Of a stretch of DNA of 48,708 nt, positions 1 through 8,410 are shown one piece after another. Each line of letters begins with the position of its first letter. Position 1 is the first letter of the stretch. Below the pieces are notes generated by a model. That model saw only the letters and a program-made list of their open reading frames with translations. It had not been told where the DNA came from and made no database searches. This DNA is from an uncultured bacterium (GTDB lineage Bacteria > Patescibacteriota > Minisyncoccia > UBA6257 > 2-01-FULL-56-20): the NCBI GenBank assembly GCA_963747905.1, contig CAVVHF010000011.1, positions 1 through 48,708 of the forward strand, read 5' to 3'. A program made the translations under genes and the position numbers.

Positions 1-1193
1 CCACCGCCGGGTGTGGCCGGGCCCGGCCCGGGCCACGCTGAGGAAGCGGGCGTGCCGGACCTCGCCGTCGGGGCGCAGGATCCTCAACGCCCGCGCCTAC
101 CGGGGCCGGGGCCGCGCCCGGCCCCGTCGGCCAGGGCCACCATCGCGGGCAGGTCGTCGGGGTGCACGGCGCCCATCCAGCCGCGGCCTGCGAGCGACCC
201 GGCGTCCTCGCCACGAATCTCCGCCACCCAGGGTGTGACGTAGGTTATCCGGGTCGGGCACGCCCTCCATGATGCCGATCGGGGCCTGGTCGGCCAGGAG
301 GCGGAAGCGCTCCTCGCTCGGCTGCAGCGCGGCGGCGTCACGGAGCCGGCCGACACCGTAGCCGAGGTCGTCGCCGCTGGCAGAGCAGCTCGAGCGCAGC
401 CGGGCCGAACGCGCCGCGCTCGGCGGCGTAGATGACCAGCGCCCCCAGCGTGGCGCCGCCGGCCTTGAGCGGCAGGGCGCACACGCTGCGGAACCCGTGG
501 CGCTCGGCCCGCTCCAACCACGGCCTGAACTTCTTCGACAGGTGCGTGTCCTTCAGGACCTGCACGGTGCCCGTCCGGATGCAGGTACCGGTCGGGAGCT
601 GCCCGGCCGGCTCGTCAAGGCCCCAGTTGAGGTTGAGGCCCGCGAGGTACCCCGTGCGCCCCGCCGAGGCGGCCTCGCGCACCGTGCGGTGCTCGTCGTG
701 CTCCGCGTAGCCGACCCAGGCCAGCGGGTAGCCGCCCGCTCCCACGATGGTCGCGCAGGTCTCGGCCAGCAGCGCGGTCTCGTCCCCGGCCCGCACCAGG
801 ACCTGGTTGCACTGCCCGAGCGTGGCCAGCGCCCGGGACAGGTTGGCGCGCTCGGTGGTGTCGCGGGCGGCCAGGACGATGCCGCCGATGCCCGGGTGGT
901 CCAGGCAGTCGGTGGCTACGACCTCCAGGACCCGCCACTCCTTCTGCCCGGTGCGGAACCGGTAGGGCGAGGGCTGCTGGGCCTCGCCGGCCGCGCGGGT
1001 CCGAAGAAGGCGGCCTTGGCCCTCTGGCGGTCGAGGGGGTGGACCAGGTTGACCACGCTGAGGCCGGGCCGCTCCGCGGCGCAGAAGCCCAGTGCCCGCT
1101 CGGCTGCGGGGTTGGCGTAGAGCAGGCGGCCGGACCGGTCGGTCACGACGAGCATGTCGGCGTTGCGCTCCGCCAGGGCGCGGAACCAGGCTC
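1..1193 (-). pseudogene. Frameshifted fragment of a PAS-GAF-PAS sensor protein (diguanylate cyclase or histidine kinase type), high-GC foreign segment
   Basis: Minus-strand pieces in different frames join up: WFRALAERNADMLVVTDRSGRLLYANP (PAS), YRFRTGQKEWRVLEVVAT...AARDTTER (PAC), GAF ORF 338..796 (AWVGYA...CALPL...GALVIYA), SEERFRLLADQAPIGI, GWMGAVHPDD (PAS_3), RILRPDGEVR. At least four frameshifts. Confidence 0.8.
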
Positions 1194-1603
1194 CCGAGAG
1201 ATCGAGAAACTAAATCCGCGAATAAATGTTTATCAGCAAGCCGCGCCGTTACTTGTTCCGCTTATCAGAGGACGATGGGATCAAGTGGTCTCAGCCAATC
1301 CTTAGGGAGTATTTGAAACCGCTGTTGCGAGAAAAGGTGGACGTCATTGTCCTCGGTTGTACGCATTATCCTATTTTAAAACGTGAGATACGGAAAATAT
1401 CAGGAATGAAAGTAATTTCCCAAGATGAACTTATTCCTCAGAAATTAAAATTATATCTAAAGCGGCACCCAGAGATAGATAAACGATTGAGCAAAAAAAG
1501 AGAAGTTAAACTACTCGCTACCGACATTACAAAATCTTTACAAAGCCAATCGCAAAAATGGTTTGGAAAAAAAACTTTGCTTATAAAAGTTGTGCTTAAT
1601 TAG
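1194..1603 (+). pseudogene. murI: Duplicated 3' half of murI, 5'-truncated and with a +1 insertion
   Basis: Near-identical to the reverse complement of 5165..5573. Reads cttatcAgaggac against cttatcgaggac in the intact copy. Confidence 0.85.
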
Positions 1604-1901
1604 GCTTGGCGGAGAGGAGGAATTCGAACAACTTTGTGAGTTGATGTTCTATCACCATCCACTTATGGTGGCAACGGAATGAGATACCGGGCGAACAAAA
1701 ACGGCTTCGACTAAATCTATTTTATTAAAAAATCTCTCCACCATATGGCCCTTGAAAATCTGCGGGCTAGGGAATGACGTTAGAACCTTTTTTGAAGAAA
1801 ACAGCAGTAAATTCAGTATTCCGGATTTAATAGTCGAGAAATATTGAGAATAAAAATAAAAAAAGTGGCACAATCCAAATGCGGACGGTGCCATAGTGCG
1901 A

Positions 1902-2402
1902 TCAGGGTTGTTTTTCAGGATCGAGATTGATACGATATTTCTTCAGCCACGCTCCATCGTCGACGGTGAAAGCCTCTGGGACAACGTCGCCATCTTTAAC
2001 TAGCGGAACTGGCTCACAAAGCGGCGAGCCAATTTTGGAGACGCCTATCATAACGGCGAGCATCAGAGCCGGGTTATAGCCGGCCGCCCTGAATTTCTCA
2101 ACGATATGACTGAGCTCGGAGTTTGTCGCGACTGCCTCATGGAGGGAGTTCCCGAATTCTTCCACGAGCGGTCTGATGATGGCGAAATCTTCTTCGGTCA
2201 TATCAGTTGTTTTATCCACGTCGGGTTGATCGGTTGTCGGGTTGATCGGAATTTCAGAAACGGGGAGTATTGTTTCAAACTCATTCCAGCAGGTTGTGCA
2301 TGTCAGTCGGATGAGCTTGCCGAGTCGTTCTTCGTTTTTGACTGCGATTCTCAGTTTCTTACCGCAGTCCGGGCATGGTATAGAGCGGTACTTAGTCTGC
2401 AT
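1902..2402 (-). CDS. Mirror copy of the zinc-ribbon hypothetical protein at 4365..4865
   Basis: Identical translation. Confidence 0.6.
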   Translation of the reverse strand: MQTKYRSIPCPDCGKKLRIAVKNEERLGKLIRLTCTTCWNEFETILPVSEIPINPTTDQPDVDKTTDMTEEDFAIIRPLVEEFGNSLHEAVATNSELSHIVEKFRAAGYNPALMLAVMIGVSKIGSPLCEPVPLVKDGDVVPEAFTVDDGAWLKKYRINLDPEKQP

Positions 2403-2522
2403 GATTTCCCCTCAAGGACCTGATGCTGAGGGTACCATACCATTTGACAATTAATCCGTCAATCGGATAGAATGTGGGCAATCGCGACTCTAAGCAGTCG
2501 CGGGAGAAAGGAAAAGAGCACT

Positions 2523-2804
2523 ATGTTGTTGACATGCACGTTGCTTGTAGGAGCATATCTCCTCATCTGGGCACTGACCTTAGTGGCCAGGATGTGCTTT
2601 AGCTGGATGGCCTGGAAATATTACCTTCAGGGAGCGCTCAGCACTTTACTCGCCTATGGTCTTCTTGCTATGGCGATAACGACGACTGAGTCAGATGTCG
2701 ACCTGTTTGACGCGATGGGCCGCATGTTCGCGCCGATATTCGCTCTTGCCTTGCTCGTCCTCAGCTATAACCGGATGAGGAAGGCCCACCGAATCATCGT
2801 GTGA
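2523..2804 (+). CDS. Mirror copy of the small membrane protein at 3963..4244
   Basis: Identical translation. Confidence 0.55.
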   Translation: MLLTCTLLVGAYLLIWALTLVARMCFSWMAWKYYLQGALSTLLAYGLLAMAITTTESDVDLFDAMGRMFAPIFALALLVLSYNRMRKAHRIIV

Positions 2805-3044
2805 GTTTGATGTCACGCCTCGCAACAGAAAGCCTTGCGCTTACACTGTGGCGGGGCTTTTTCTTTTTTTACCCTACGCTGCTACTCACTATTGTTTTGA
2901 AGATATATTGAGCGAAGCGCATGGGTAAGTTCTAACATTATCCATTTATGGTGCCAGGGGAACGGGATGCCGATCGAACAAAAACGGCTTCGATTAAATC
3001 TGCCTTTTCAATAAAATCTCTCCACCGCATAGCCCTTGAAAATG

Positions 3045-3115
3045 AGCGGGTAAGGGGAGTCGAACCCCTGACTTCACCTTGGAAGGGTGACGTAATACCG
3101 TTATACCATACCCGC
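3045..3115 (-). tRNA. tRNA-Gly(TCC), mirror copy
   Basis: Reverse complement of 3652..3722. Confidence 0.85.
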
Positions 3116-3215
3116 GTTGCGCCGCCGCATGCGGCGCGCATGGCGATGTCGTGATTCAATTTACCATTCCTTCTTGCTTTTTTCAATGATTTTTGCTAAA
3201 AATAGGTAATCCAAT

Positions 3216-3534
3216 ATGTCCACATTCTCCCGTCGCACCAAGATCATTGCGGCTTTTATTATCATCGTCGCTGTGGGATACGGTCTTGTCTTGTTCTGGC
3301 AATCGCAAAACGGGGTGCCGGCAAACTTTACTGTAGCGCGGACTCAAGGGGCCATTATCGCGCAGACAATTGTCAATGATTCTAACCAGTCAACGGATGA
3401 ACTGAACGCGATCAATAAGTACGATCAGGAGGGCGACTATACTGACGCGCTTGCTTCAACGACAGCGCTTATTAACCAGAGCACGGGGTTGCGCACCGAA
3501 GCGGTACAGCTCGCCGCGCAGGTACAGAAAATGT
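3216..3534 (+). CDS. N-terminally membrane-anchored helical protein, truncated at the inversion junction
   Basis: MSTFSRRTK, then a TM (IIAAFIIIVAVGYGLVLFW), then a helical Q/N/T-rich region. After 3534 the ORF reads into the inverted arm. Confidence 0.65.
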
Positions 3535-3651
3535 CGACGGGAGAATGTGGACATATTGGATTACCTATTTTTAGCAAAAATCATTGAAAAAAGCAAGAAG
3601 GAGTGGTAAATTGAATGACGCAGATCAATGCGCTCCATGTGGCAGCGCAAC

Positions 3652-3722
3652 GCGGGTATGGTATAACGGTATTACGTCACCCTTCCAAGGTGAAGTCAGG
3701 GGTTCGACTCCCCTTACCCGCT
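3652..3722 (+). tRNA. tRNA-Gly(TCC)
   Basis: Acceptor GCGGGTA/TACCCGC, anticodon arm TCACC-CTTCCAA-GGTGA, T arm AGGGG-TTCGACT-CCCCT, U discriminator, CCA not encoded. Confidence 0.95.
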
Positions 3723-3724
3723 CA

Positions 3725-3838
3725 TTTTCAAGGGCTATGCGGTGGAGAGATTTTATTGAAAAGGCAGATTTAATCGAAGCCGTTTTTGTTCGATCGGCAT
3801 CCCGTTCCCCTGGCACCATAAATGGATAATGTTAGAAC
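3725..3838 (+). repeat. Diverged ~113 bp direct repeat, copy A
   Basis: Aligns with 5009..5121 at roughly 80% identity by eye. Shared blocks are ttttcaagggc, ggtggagagatttt, tcgaagccgtttttgttcg and caccataa. Confidence 0.85.
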
Positions 3839-3962
3839 TTACCCATGCGCTTCGCTCAATATATCTTCAAAACAATAGTGAGTAGCAGCGTAGGGTAAAA
3901 AAAGAAAAAGCCCCGCCACAGTGTAAGCGCAAGGCTTTCTGTTGCGAGGCGTGACATCAAAC

Positions 3963-4244
3963 TCACACGATGATTCGGTGGGCCTTCCTCATCCGGTTAT
4001 AGCTGAGGACGAGCAAGGCAAGAGCGAATATCGGCGCGAACATGCGGCCCATCGCGTCAAACAGGTCGACATCTGACTCAGTCGTCGTTATCGCCATAGC
4101 AAGAAGACCATAGGCGAGTAAAGTGCTGAGCGCTCCCTGAAGGTAATATTTCCAGGCCATCCAGCTAAAGCACATCCTGGCCACTAAGGTCAGTGCCCAG
4201 ATGAGGAGATATGCTCCTACAAGCAACGTGCATGTCAACAACAT
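3963..4244 (-). CDS. Small hypothetical membrane protein (~93 aa, about 3 TM)
   Basis: Hydrophobic ORF. AAGGA SD before the ATG at 4244, TTGACA-18-TAGAAT upstream, hairpin plus T-run at ~3897-3950. Confidence 0.65.
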   Translation of the reverse strand: MLLTCTLLVGAYLLIWALTLVARMCFSWMAWKYYLQGALSTLLAYGLLAMAITTTESDVDLFDAMGRMFAPIFALALLVLSYNRMRKAHRIIV

Positions 4245-4293
4245 AGTGCTCTTTTCCTTTCTCCCGCGACTGCTTAGAGTCGCGATTGCCCAC

Positions 4294-4333
4294 ATTCTAT
4301 CCGATTGACGGATTAATTGTCAAATGGTATGGT
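4294..4333. promoter_or_regulatory. Overlapping divergent sigma70-type promoters
   Basis: Plus strand: TTGACG(4305)-17-TATGGT(4328). Minus strand: TTGACA(4323)-18-TAGAAT. Confidence 0.55.
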
Positions 4334-4364
4334 ACCCTCAGCATCAGGTCCTTGAGGGGAAATC

Positions 4365-4865
4365 ATGCAGACTAAGTACCGCTCTATACCATGCCCGGAC
4401 TGCGGTAAGAAACTGAGAATCGCAGTCAAAAACGAAGAACGACTCGGCAAGCTCATCCGACTGACATGCACAACCTGCTGGAATGAGTTTGAAACAATAC
4501 TCCCCGTTTCTGAAATTCCGATCAACCCGACAACCGATCAACCCGACGTGGATAAAACAACTGATATGACCGAAGAAGATTTCGCCATCATCAGACCGCT
4601 CGTGGAAGAATTCGGGAACTCCCTCCATGAGGCAGTCGCGACAAACTCCGAGCTCAGTCATATCGTTGAGAAATTCAGGGCGGCCGGCTATAACCCGGCT
4701 CTGATGCTCGCCGTTATGATAGGCGTCTCCAAAATTGGCTCGCCGCTTTGTGAGCCAGTTCCGCTAGTTAAAGATGGCGACGTTGTCCCAGAGGCTTTCA
4801 CCGTCGACGATGGAGCGTGGCTGAAGAAATATCGTATCAATCTCGATCCTGAAAAACAACCCTGA
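4365..4865 (+). CDS. Hypothetical protein with N-terminal zinc ribbon
   Basis: CPDC...CTTC, GAGGGG SD, terminator at 4874-4910. Confidence 0.7.
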   Translation: MQTKYRSIPCPDCGKKLRIAVKNEERLGKLIRLTCTTCWNEFETILPVSEIPINPTTDQPDVDKTTDMTEEDFAIIRPLVEEFGNSLHEAVATNSELSHIVEKFRAAGYNPALMLAVMIGVSKIGSPLCEPVPLVKDGDVVPEAFTVDDGAWLKKYRINLDPEKQP

Positions 4866-4873
4866 TCGCACTA

Positions 4874-4910
4874 TGGCACCGTCCGCATTTGGATTGTGCC
4901 ACTTTTTTTA
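4874..4910 (+). terminator. Intrinsic terminator
   Basis: tggcac...tcc/gga...gtgcca stem followed by a T-run. Confidence 0.6.
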
Positions 4911-5008
4911 TTTTTATTCTCAATATTTCTCGACTATTAAATCCGGAATACTGAATTTACTGCTGTTTTCTTCAAAAAAGGTTCTAACGTCATTCCCTAG
5001 CCCGCAGA

Positions 5009-5121
5009 TTTTCAAGGGCCATATGGTGGAGAGATTTTTTAATAAAATAGATTTAGTCGAAGCCGTTTTTGTTCGCCCGGTATCTCATTCCGTTGCCACC
5101 ATAAGTGGATGGTGATAGAAC
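5009..5121 (+). repeat. Diverged direct repeat, copy B
   Basis: See copy A. Preceded by ccctagcccgca, which resembles a tRNA-Gly 3' end. Confidence 0.85.
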
Positions 5122-5137
5122 ATCAACTCACAAAGTT

Positions 5138-5161
5138 GTTCGAATTCCTCCCTCTCCGCCA
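5138..5161 (+). other. Isolated tRNA-Ser-like 3' end (T loop to CCA), att-site-like relic
   Basis: gttcgaattcctccctctccgcca, with no matching 5' half upstream. Confidence 0.6.
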
Positions 5162-5164
5162 AGC

Positions 5165-5962
5165 CTAATTAAGCACAACTTTTATAAGCAAAGTTTTTTT
5201 TCCAAACCATTTTTGCGATTGGCTTTGTAAAGATTTTGTAATGTCGGTAGCGAGTAGTTTAACTTCTCTTTTTTTGCTCAATCGTTTATCTATCTCTGGG
5301 TGCCGCTTTAGATATAATTTTAATTTCTGAGGAATAAGTTCATCTTGGGAAATTACTTTCATTCCTGATATTTTCCGTATCTCACGTTTTAAAATAGGAT
5401 AATGCGTACAACCGAGGACAATGACGTCCACCTTTTCTCGCAACAGCGGTTTCAAATACTCCCTAAGGATTGGCTGAGACCACTTGATCCCATCGTCCTC
5501 GATAAGCGGAACAAGTAGCGGCGCGGCTTGCTGATAAACATTTATTCGCGGATTTAGTTTCTCGATCTCTCGGACATACGCACCCGAATTTACGGTTCCT
5601 CGCGTAGCAAGAACTCCAACCCTCTTTATACCCCCGTCTTTTACTACTTCCTCCGCAGTAGGAATAATAACTCCCAGCACTCTCCGTTTTGGATAATGAG
5701 AAGGAAGATACTTTTGCTGAATTTTTTGTAATGCTTCAGCGGAAGCCGTATTACACGCAACGATGATAAGTTCGCAGTCCTGCTTAAAGAGATAAGCGAC
5801 GGCTTGTTTAAGAAATTCATAAACAACGCTCGCCGATCGATTTCCATAGGGAACCCGCTTGGTGTCACCAAGATAGACATAATCGTATTCTGGCAATCCT
5901 TTCACGAGAGATTTTAAAATAACCAAGCCTCCCAATCCAGAATCAAAGACGCCGATTTTCAT
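5165..5962 (-). CDS. murI: Glutamate racemase
   Basis: IGVFDSGLGGL, PYG, ACNTAS and LGCTHYP catalytic motifs. Confidence 0.97.
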   Translation of the reverse strand: MKIGVFDSGLGGLVILKSLVKGLPEYDYVYLGDTKRVPYGNRSASVVYEFLKQAVAYLFKQDCELIIVACNTASAEALQKIQQKYLPSHYPKRRVLGVIIPTAEEVVKDGGIKRVGVLATRGTVNSGAYVREIEKLNPRINVYQQAAPLLVPLIEDDGIKWSQPILREYLKPLLREKVDVIVLGCTHYPILKREIRKISGMKVISQDELIPQKLKLYLKRHPEIDKRLSKKREVKLLATDITKSLQSQSQKWFGKKTLLIKVVLN

Positions 5963-6250
5963 AGGTTTATGATAGGAGAATTCATGTTTTTTGGGAAATT
6001 AGTCTTAATTTTGTTCAAACTTCGTCCCATAATGCATGTGCCGATAAACATTTCTATCGGCACATGCTATAAAACCCGCAGAAGGGAAACCCTATGAGTT
6101 GTGAAATGCCTAATGGCATCTGCGAATGGATAAATCTGGTAGATAAATATCCCCTTCCTACATCTCGATCACCGTTCTAATTCTATCCACAATTCGGAGC
6201 AAACAAAGAAAAAACGCGTAGCGATCATTGCTGATCCTCTACGCGCTCTG

Positions 6251-6868
6251 TTACTTTTTGCGCCCTTCGCCAAGGTGAAAATGCTTGTCGATATCCACTT
6301 CCAACCAGTCGCCGGGGATTCTTTCGCGGAACCATTCGCTTTGCGTAGGATTCTCGATTAGCGTGATGACAAGCCAGAACGCAATTATCACGAGCGAGAT
6401 AGAAAAGACCGATACCGCCCCCGTCACGGCATGCTTGTAAGCGACTAAGCTCATCATACTAATAAGGGGGACCGACACGATACCGATTAGGACGTGGATC
6501 GCGATCAGCATTCGTTCGTCTCGATACAAGAGGAATGTTTCCTTGTCTTGCTTGAGAACGGAAACGACAACCTTCTGGTACCGTTCCAAGATCGTGCTCA
6601 ATATCCATGAAACGAGGATGCTGTAGGCGACGCCAAGGATAGTGATGGTCGCCCCAATCAGAATGTCCTTATCGTCATCGGGGAAATGATACCCTCGGAC
6701 CCATAGCTGGTACCAAACGCATGTGATCGCCGCGGCGAATGTGAATGTTTTAGCCAATAATGCAGTATGCCGTTTGACAGACCGCCACTTCCTTCTCGGG
6801 TCGTCCTTTTTTAATAGCAACATGCTGTCACCGAACCTTTCTGCCCGTATTCTACCGAAGTGTTGCAC
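6251..6868 (-). CDS. Hypothetical membrane protein (about 4 TM; start may be 6823)
   Basis: Long ORF with two pairs of hydrophobic helices. Confidence 0.7.
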   Translation of the reverse strand: MQHFGRIRAERFGDSMLLLKKDDPRRKWRSVKRHTALLAKTFTFAAAITCVWYQLWVRGYHFPDDDKDILIGATITILGVAYSILVSWILSTILERYQKVVVSVLKQDKETFLLYRDERMLIAIHVLIGIVSVPLISMMSLVAYKHAVTGAVSVFSISLVIIAFWLVITLIENPTQSEWFRERIPGDWLEVDIDKHFHLGEGRKK

Positions 6869-6960
6869 TTACTTGTTGAACCTATCGATGTGCGCAGATG
6901 CGGGAGGTATTACAATTATGGATTTTGTCGGTTTGTCGCTGGATGTTGCATTGCGCGCAA

Positions 6961-7165
6961 TCCCTCTTCCCTCACAATTACAATACCGCCGTTCCGGACT
7001 CCACTATTTCAACGGGCAGGGACTGCCACTTCTTGAAGCCTCCGGAAGCCTGCCAATTCCTCCTGACGAGTTGAGGAACTGGACACGGGATGAAATGGAA
7101 CGCAAGGGTCGCCGCCGTGAGGCTCTCTCCAGATAAAAGGGAACTGATGGAACCTTGGAGCGAGG
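6961..7165 (+). ncRNA. Candidate structured RNA (alternatively a 72-aa ORF at 6918..7136)
   Basis: Five mutually compatible 6-bp helices, followed by a plus-strand terminator with no known plus-strand gene upstream. Confidence 0.35.
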
Positions 7166-7197
7166 GCCGCCTCATTTGAAATGGAGGCGGTTTTTTT
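7166..7197 (+). terminator. Intrinsic terminator
   Basis: gccgcctc...gaggcggt followed by a T-run. Confidence 0.75.
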
Positions 7198-7347
7198 ATC
7201 CTCAACATTTCTTGTCCATTAAATCTGGGATCGCGAATTTGTGGGCGCTTTCTCCGAAATAGATTCTAACGTCATTGACGATGGCGCTCGCTCGCAGAAA
7301 GCGATAAAAAAAGCGGGGCATTTCTGCTCCGCGGCACCATTTGATTC

Positions 7348-8121
7348 CTACGCCTTCATTACCCTCTTTGCGTTTGCTCTTGCCCGGATATGGAAGGCTC
7401 GTTCTGGCGGCTTCTTCCCCGCCTTCTTTGCTTTATCGCGCCTCTCCTTAAGGTCTTTGGCAAATTCTCGATCTTCCGCTTCAGCAATTTTCTTCGCCCT
7501 CGGCGGGAGAACACAATGCCAATTCTGAAAGAATGGTTCCGGGGCCTTTTCGCCTTCAGGAATCGGATGGGTCTTACTGAAACAGCCCCAATAGTTTCCG
7601 CCGTCTTTTTTCTCGCGAATATCCATCTTTGCGCCGCATTTTTCACATACGGGCCGATGGGATATCTTGTAGGCGGCAATCCATGCGCGATTGCAAACGT
7701 TACGAACGAACCCTTTGGTTCTATTCACATAGCGCGCAAAGTATCTCGGCTCGTCCGGTTGATCCTTTATAACCTCGAGGATCAGTATCCGAGCGGCATC
7801 CTCGTTGGGCGGACGGCTCACTACTGTTCTAAGATGGAACGGCAATTCATCGGGGGAGCAATGATCCATTTGCCATCGACACCTGCGGATCTCGCGCGAA
7901 AGGCATGACGTCCAGACCACAACAATGTATTTCCCATACACATAGAAAAAACAGGTTTCTCCCCCGCGCGGTGAATACCTCAACGCGGTAGGGTCGCATT
8001 TTCTCATTCGAACCAAAAATCTTAACCTTTGGCCCTCTGTCGCTTCTCGGAATCCCTTTGCCTCAAGATTAAACTGTAGGCTTAGGTATCCTTTAAATGT
8101 GACTGGAACCGCTATCGGCAT
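7348..8121 (-). CDS. Hypothetical protein with a C-terminal topoisomerase-C4-like zinc ribbon
   Basis: CEKCGAKMDIREKKDGGNYWGC. SD GAGGAGGTGAGG before the ATG at 8121, TTGCTT-17-TATAAC promoter, terminator at ~7307-7332. Confidence 0.7.
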   Translation of the reverse strand: MPIAVPVTFKGYLSLQFNLEAKGFREATEGQRLRFLVRMRKCDPTALRYSPRGGETCFFYVYGKYIVVVWTSCLSREIRRCRWQMDHCSPDELPFHLRTVVSRPPNEDAARILILEVIKDQPDEPRYFARYVNRTKGFVRNVCNRAWIAAYKISHRPVCEKCGAKMDIREKKDGGNYWGCFSKTHPIPEGEKAPEPFFQNWHCVLPPRAKKIAEAEDREFAKDLKERRDKAKKAGKKPPERAFHIRARANAKRVMKA

Positions 8122-8410
8122 CGTCCTCACCTCCTCAAACAACTGCGTATGTTATACAAAAATCGCCGAGAAAAAGCAATGCCTATCGCCGACATCGCAG
8201 GTACATATAAAAGACAAGGGCTACACATTGAAGTGTAGCCCGGGAACAGTCGTGGCACGTATATAAAGATATAGGTGCGAAACTTTTGGCTAGTAAGCCA
8301 GATAGCGATCGCTTTTGAGCGATTTATATAATAATTATTTAATTTACAAACCGCTATCTGATATAACTATACCAAAATCCCTCCCCACCGCCAACCACCC
8401 CTGTGGATAA

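Larger units (their letters stand above)
1194..3235. repeat. Left arm of a ~2.04 kb inverted repeat (mirror of 3535..5573)
   Basis: ORFs are exactly mirrored (1902..2402 vs 4365..4865; 2472..2804 vs 3963..4295), as are tRNA-Gly and the 3' half of murI. There are a few indels and one ~40 bp divergent patch. Confidence 0.95.
3535..5573. repeat. Right arm of the inverted repeat, contiguous with the intact chromosome
   Basis: cgacgggagaatgtgg... at 3535 mirrors ...ccacattctcccgtcg ending at 3235. The arm ends inside intact murI at 5573. Confidence 0.95.

Noticed and set aside
3584-3829. ORFs over tRNA-Gly (also 2938..3186, 2948..3154, 3625..3819) and 29537..29791
   Set aside because: Shadow ORFs of tRNA genes.
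4981-5121. Integron attC site
   Set aside because: The ends only loosely fit RYYYAAC/GTTRRRY, the interior is not a continuous hairpin, and no intI is present.
1194-5573. Terminal inverted repeats of a transposon or invertible element
   Set aside because: The arms contain half a housekeeping gene and a tRNA, and there is no transposase or invertase. The geometry fits a fold-back chimera.
7062-7096. Hammerhead ribozyme core (CTGACGA...GAAA)
   Set aside because: No proper stem II closing onto GAAA, and no compatible stems I and III.
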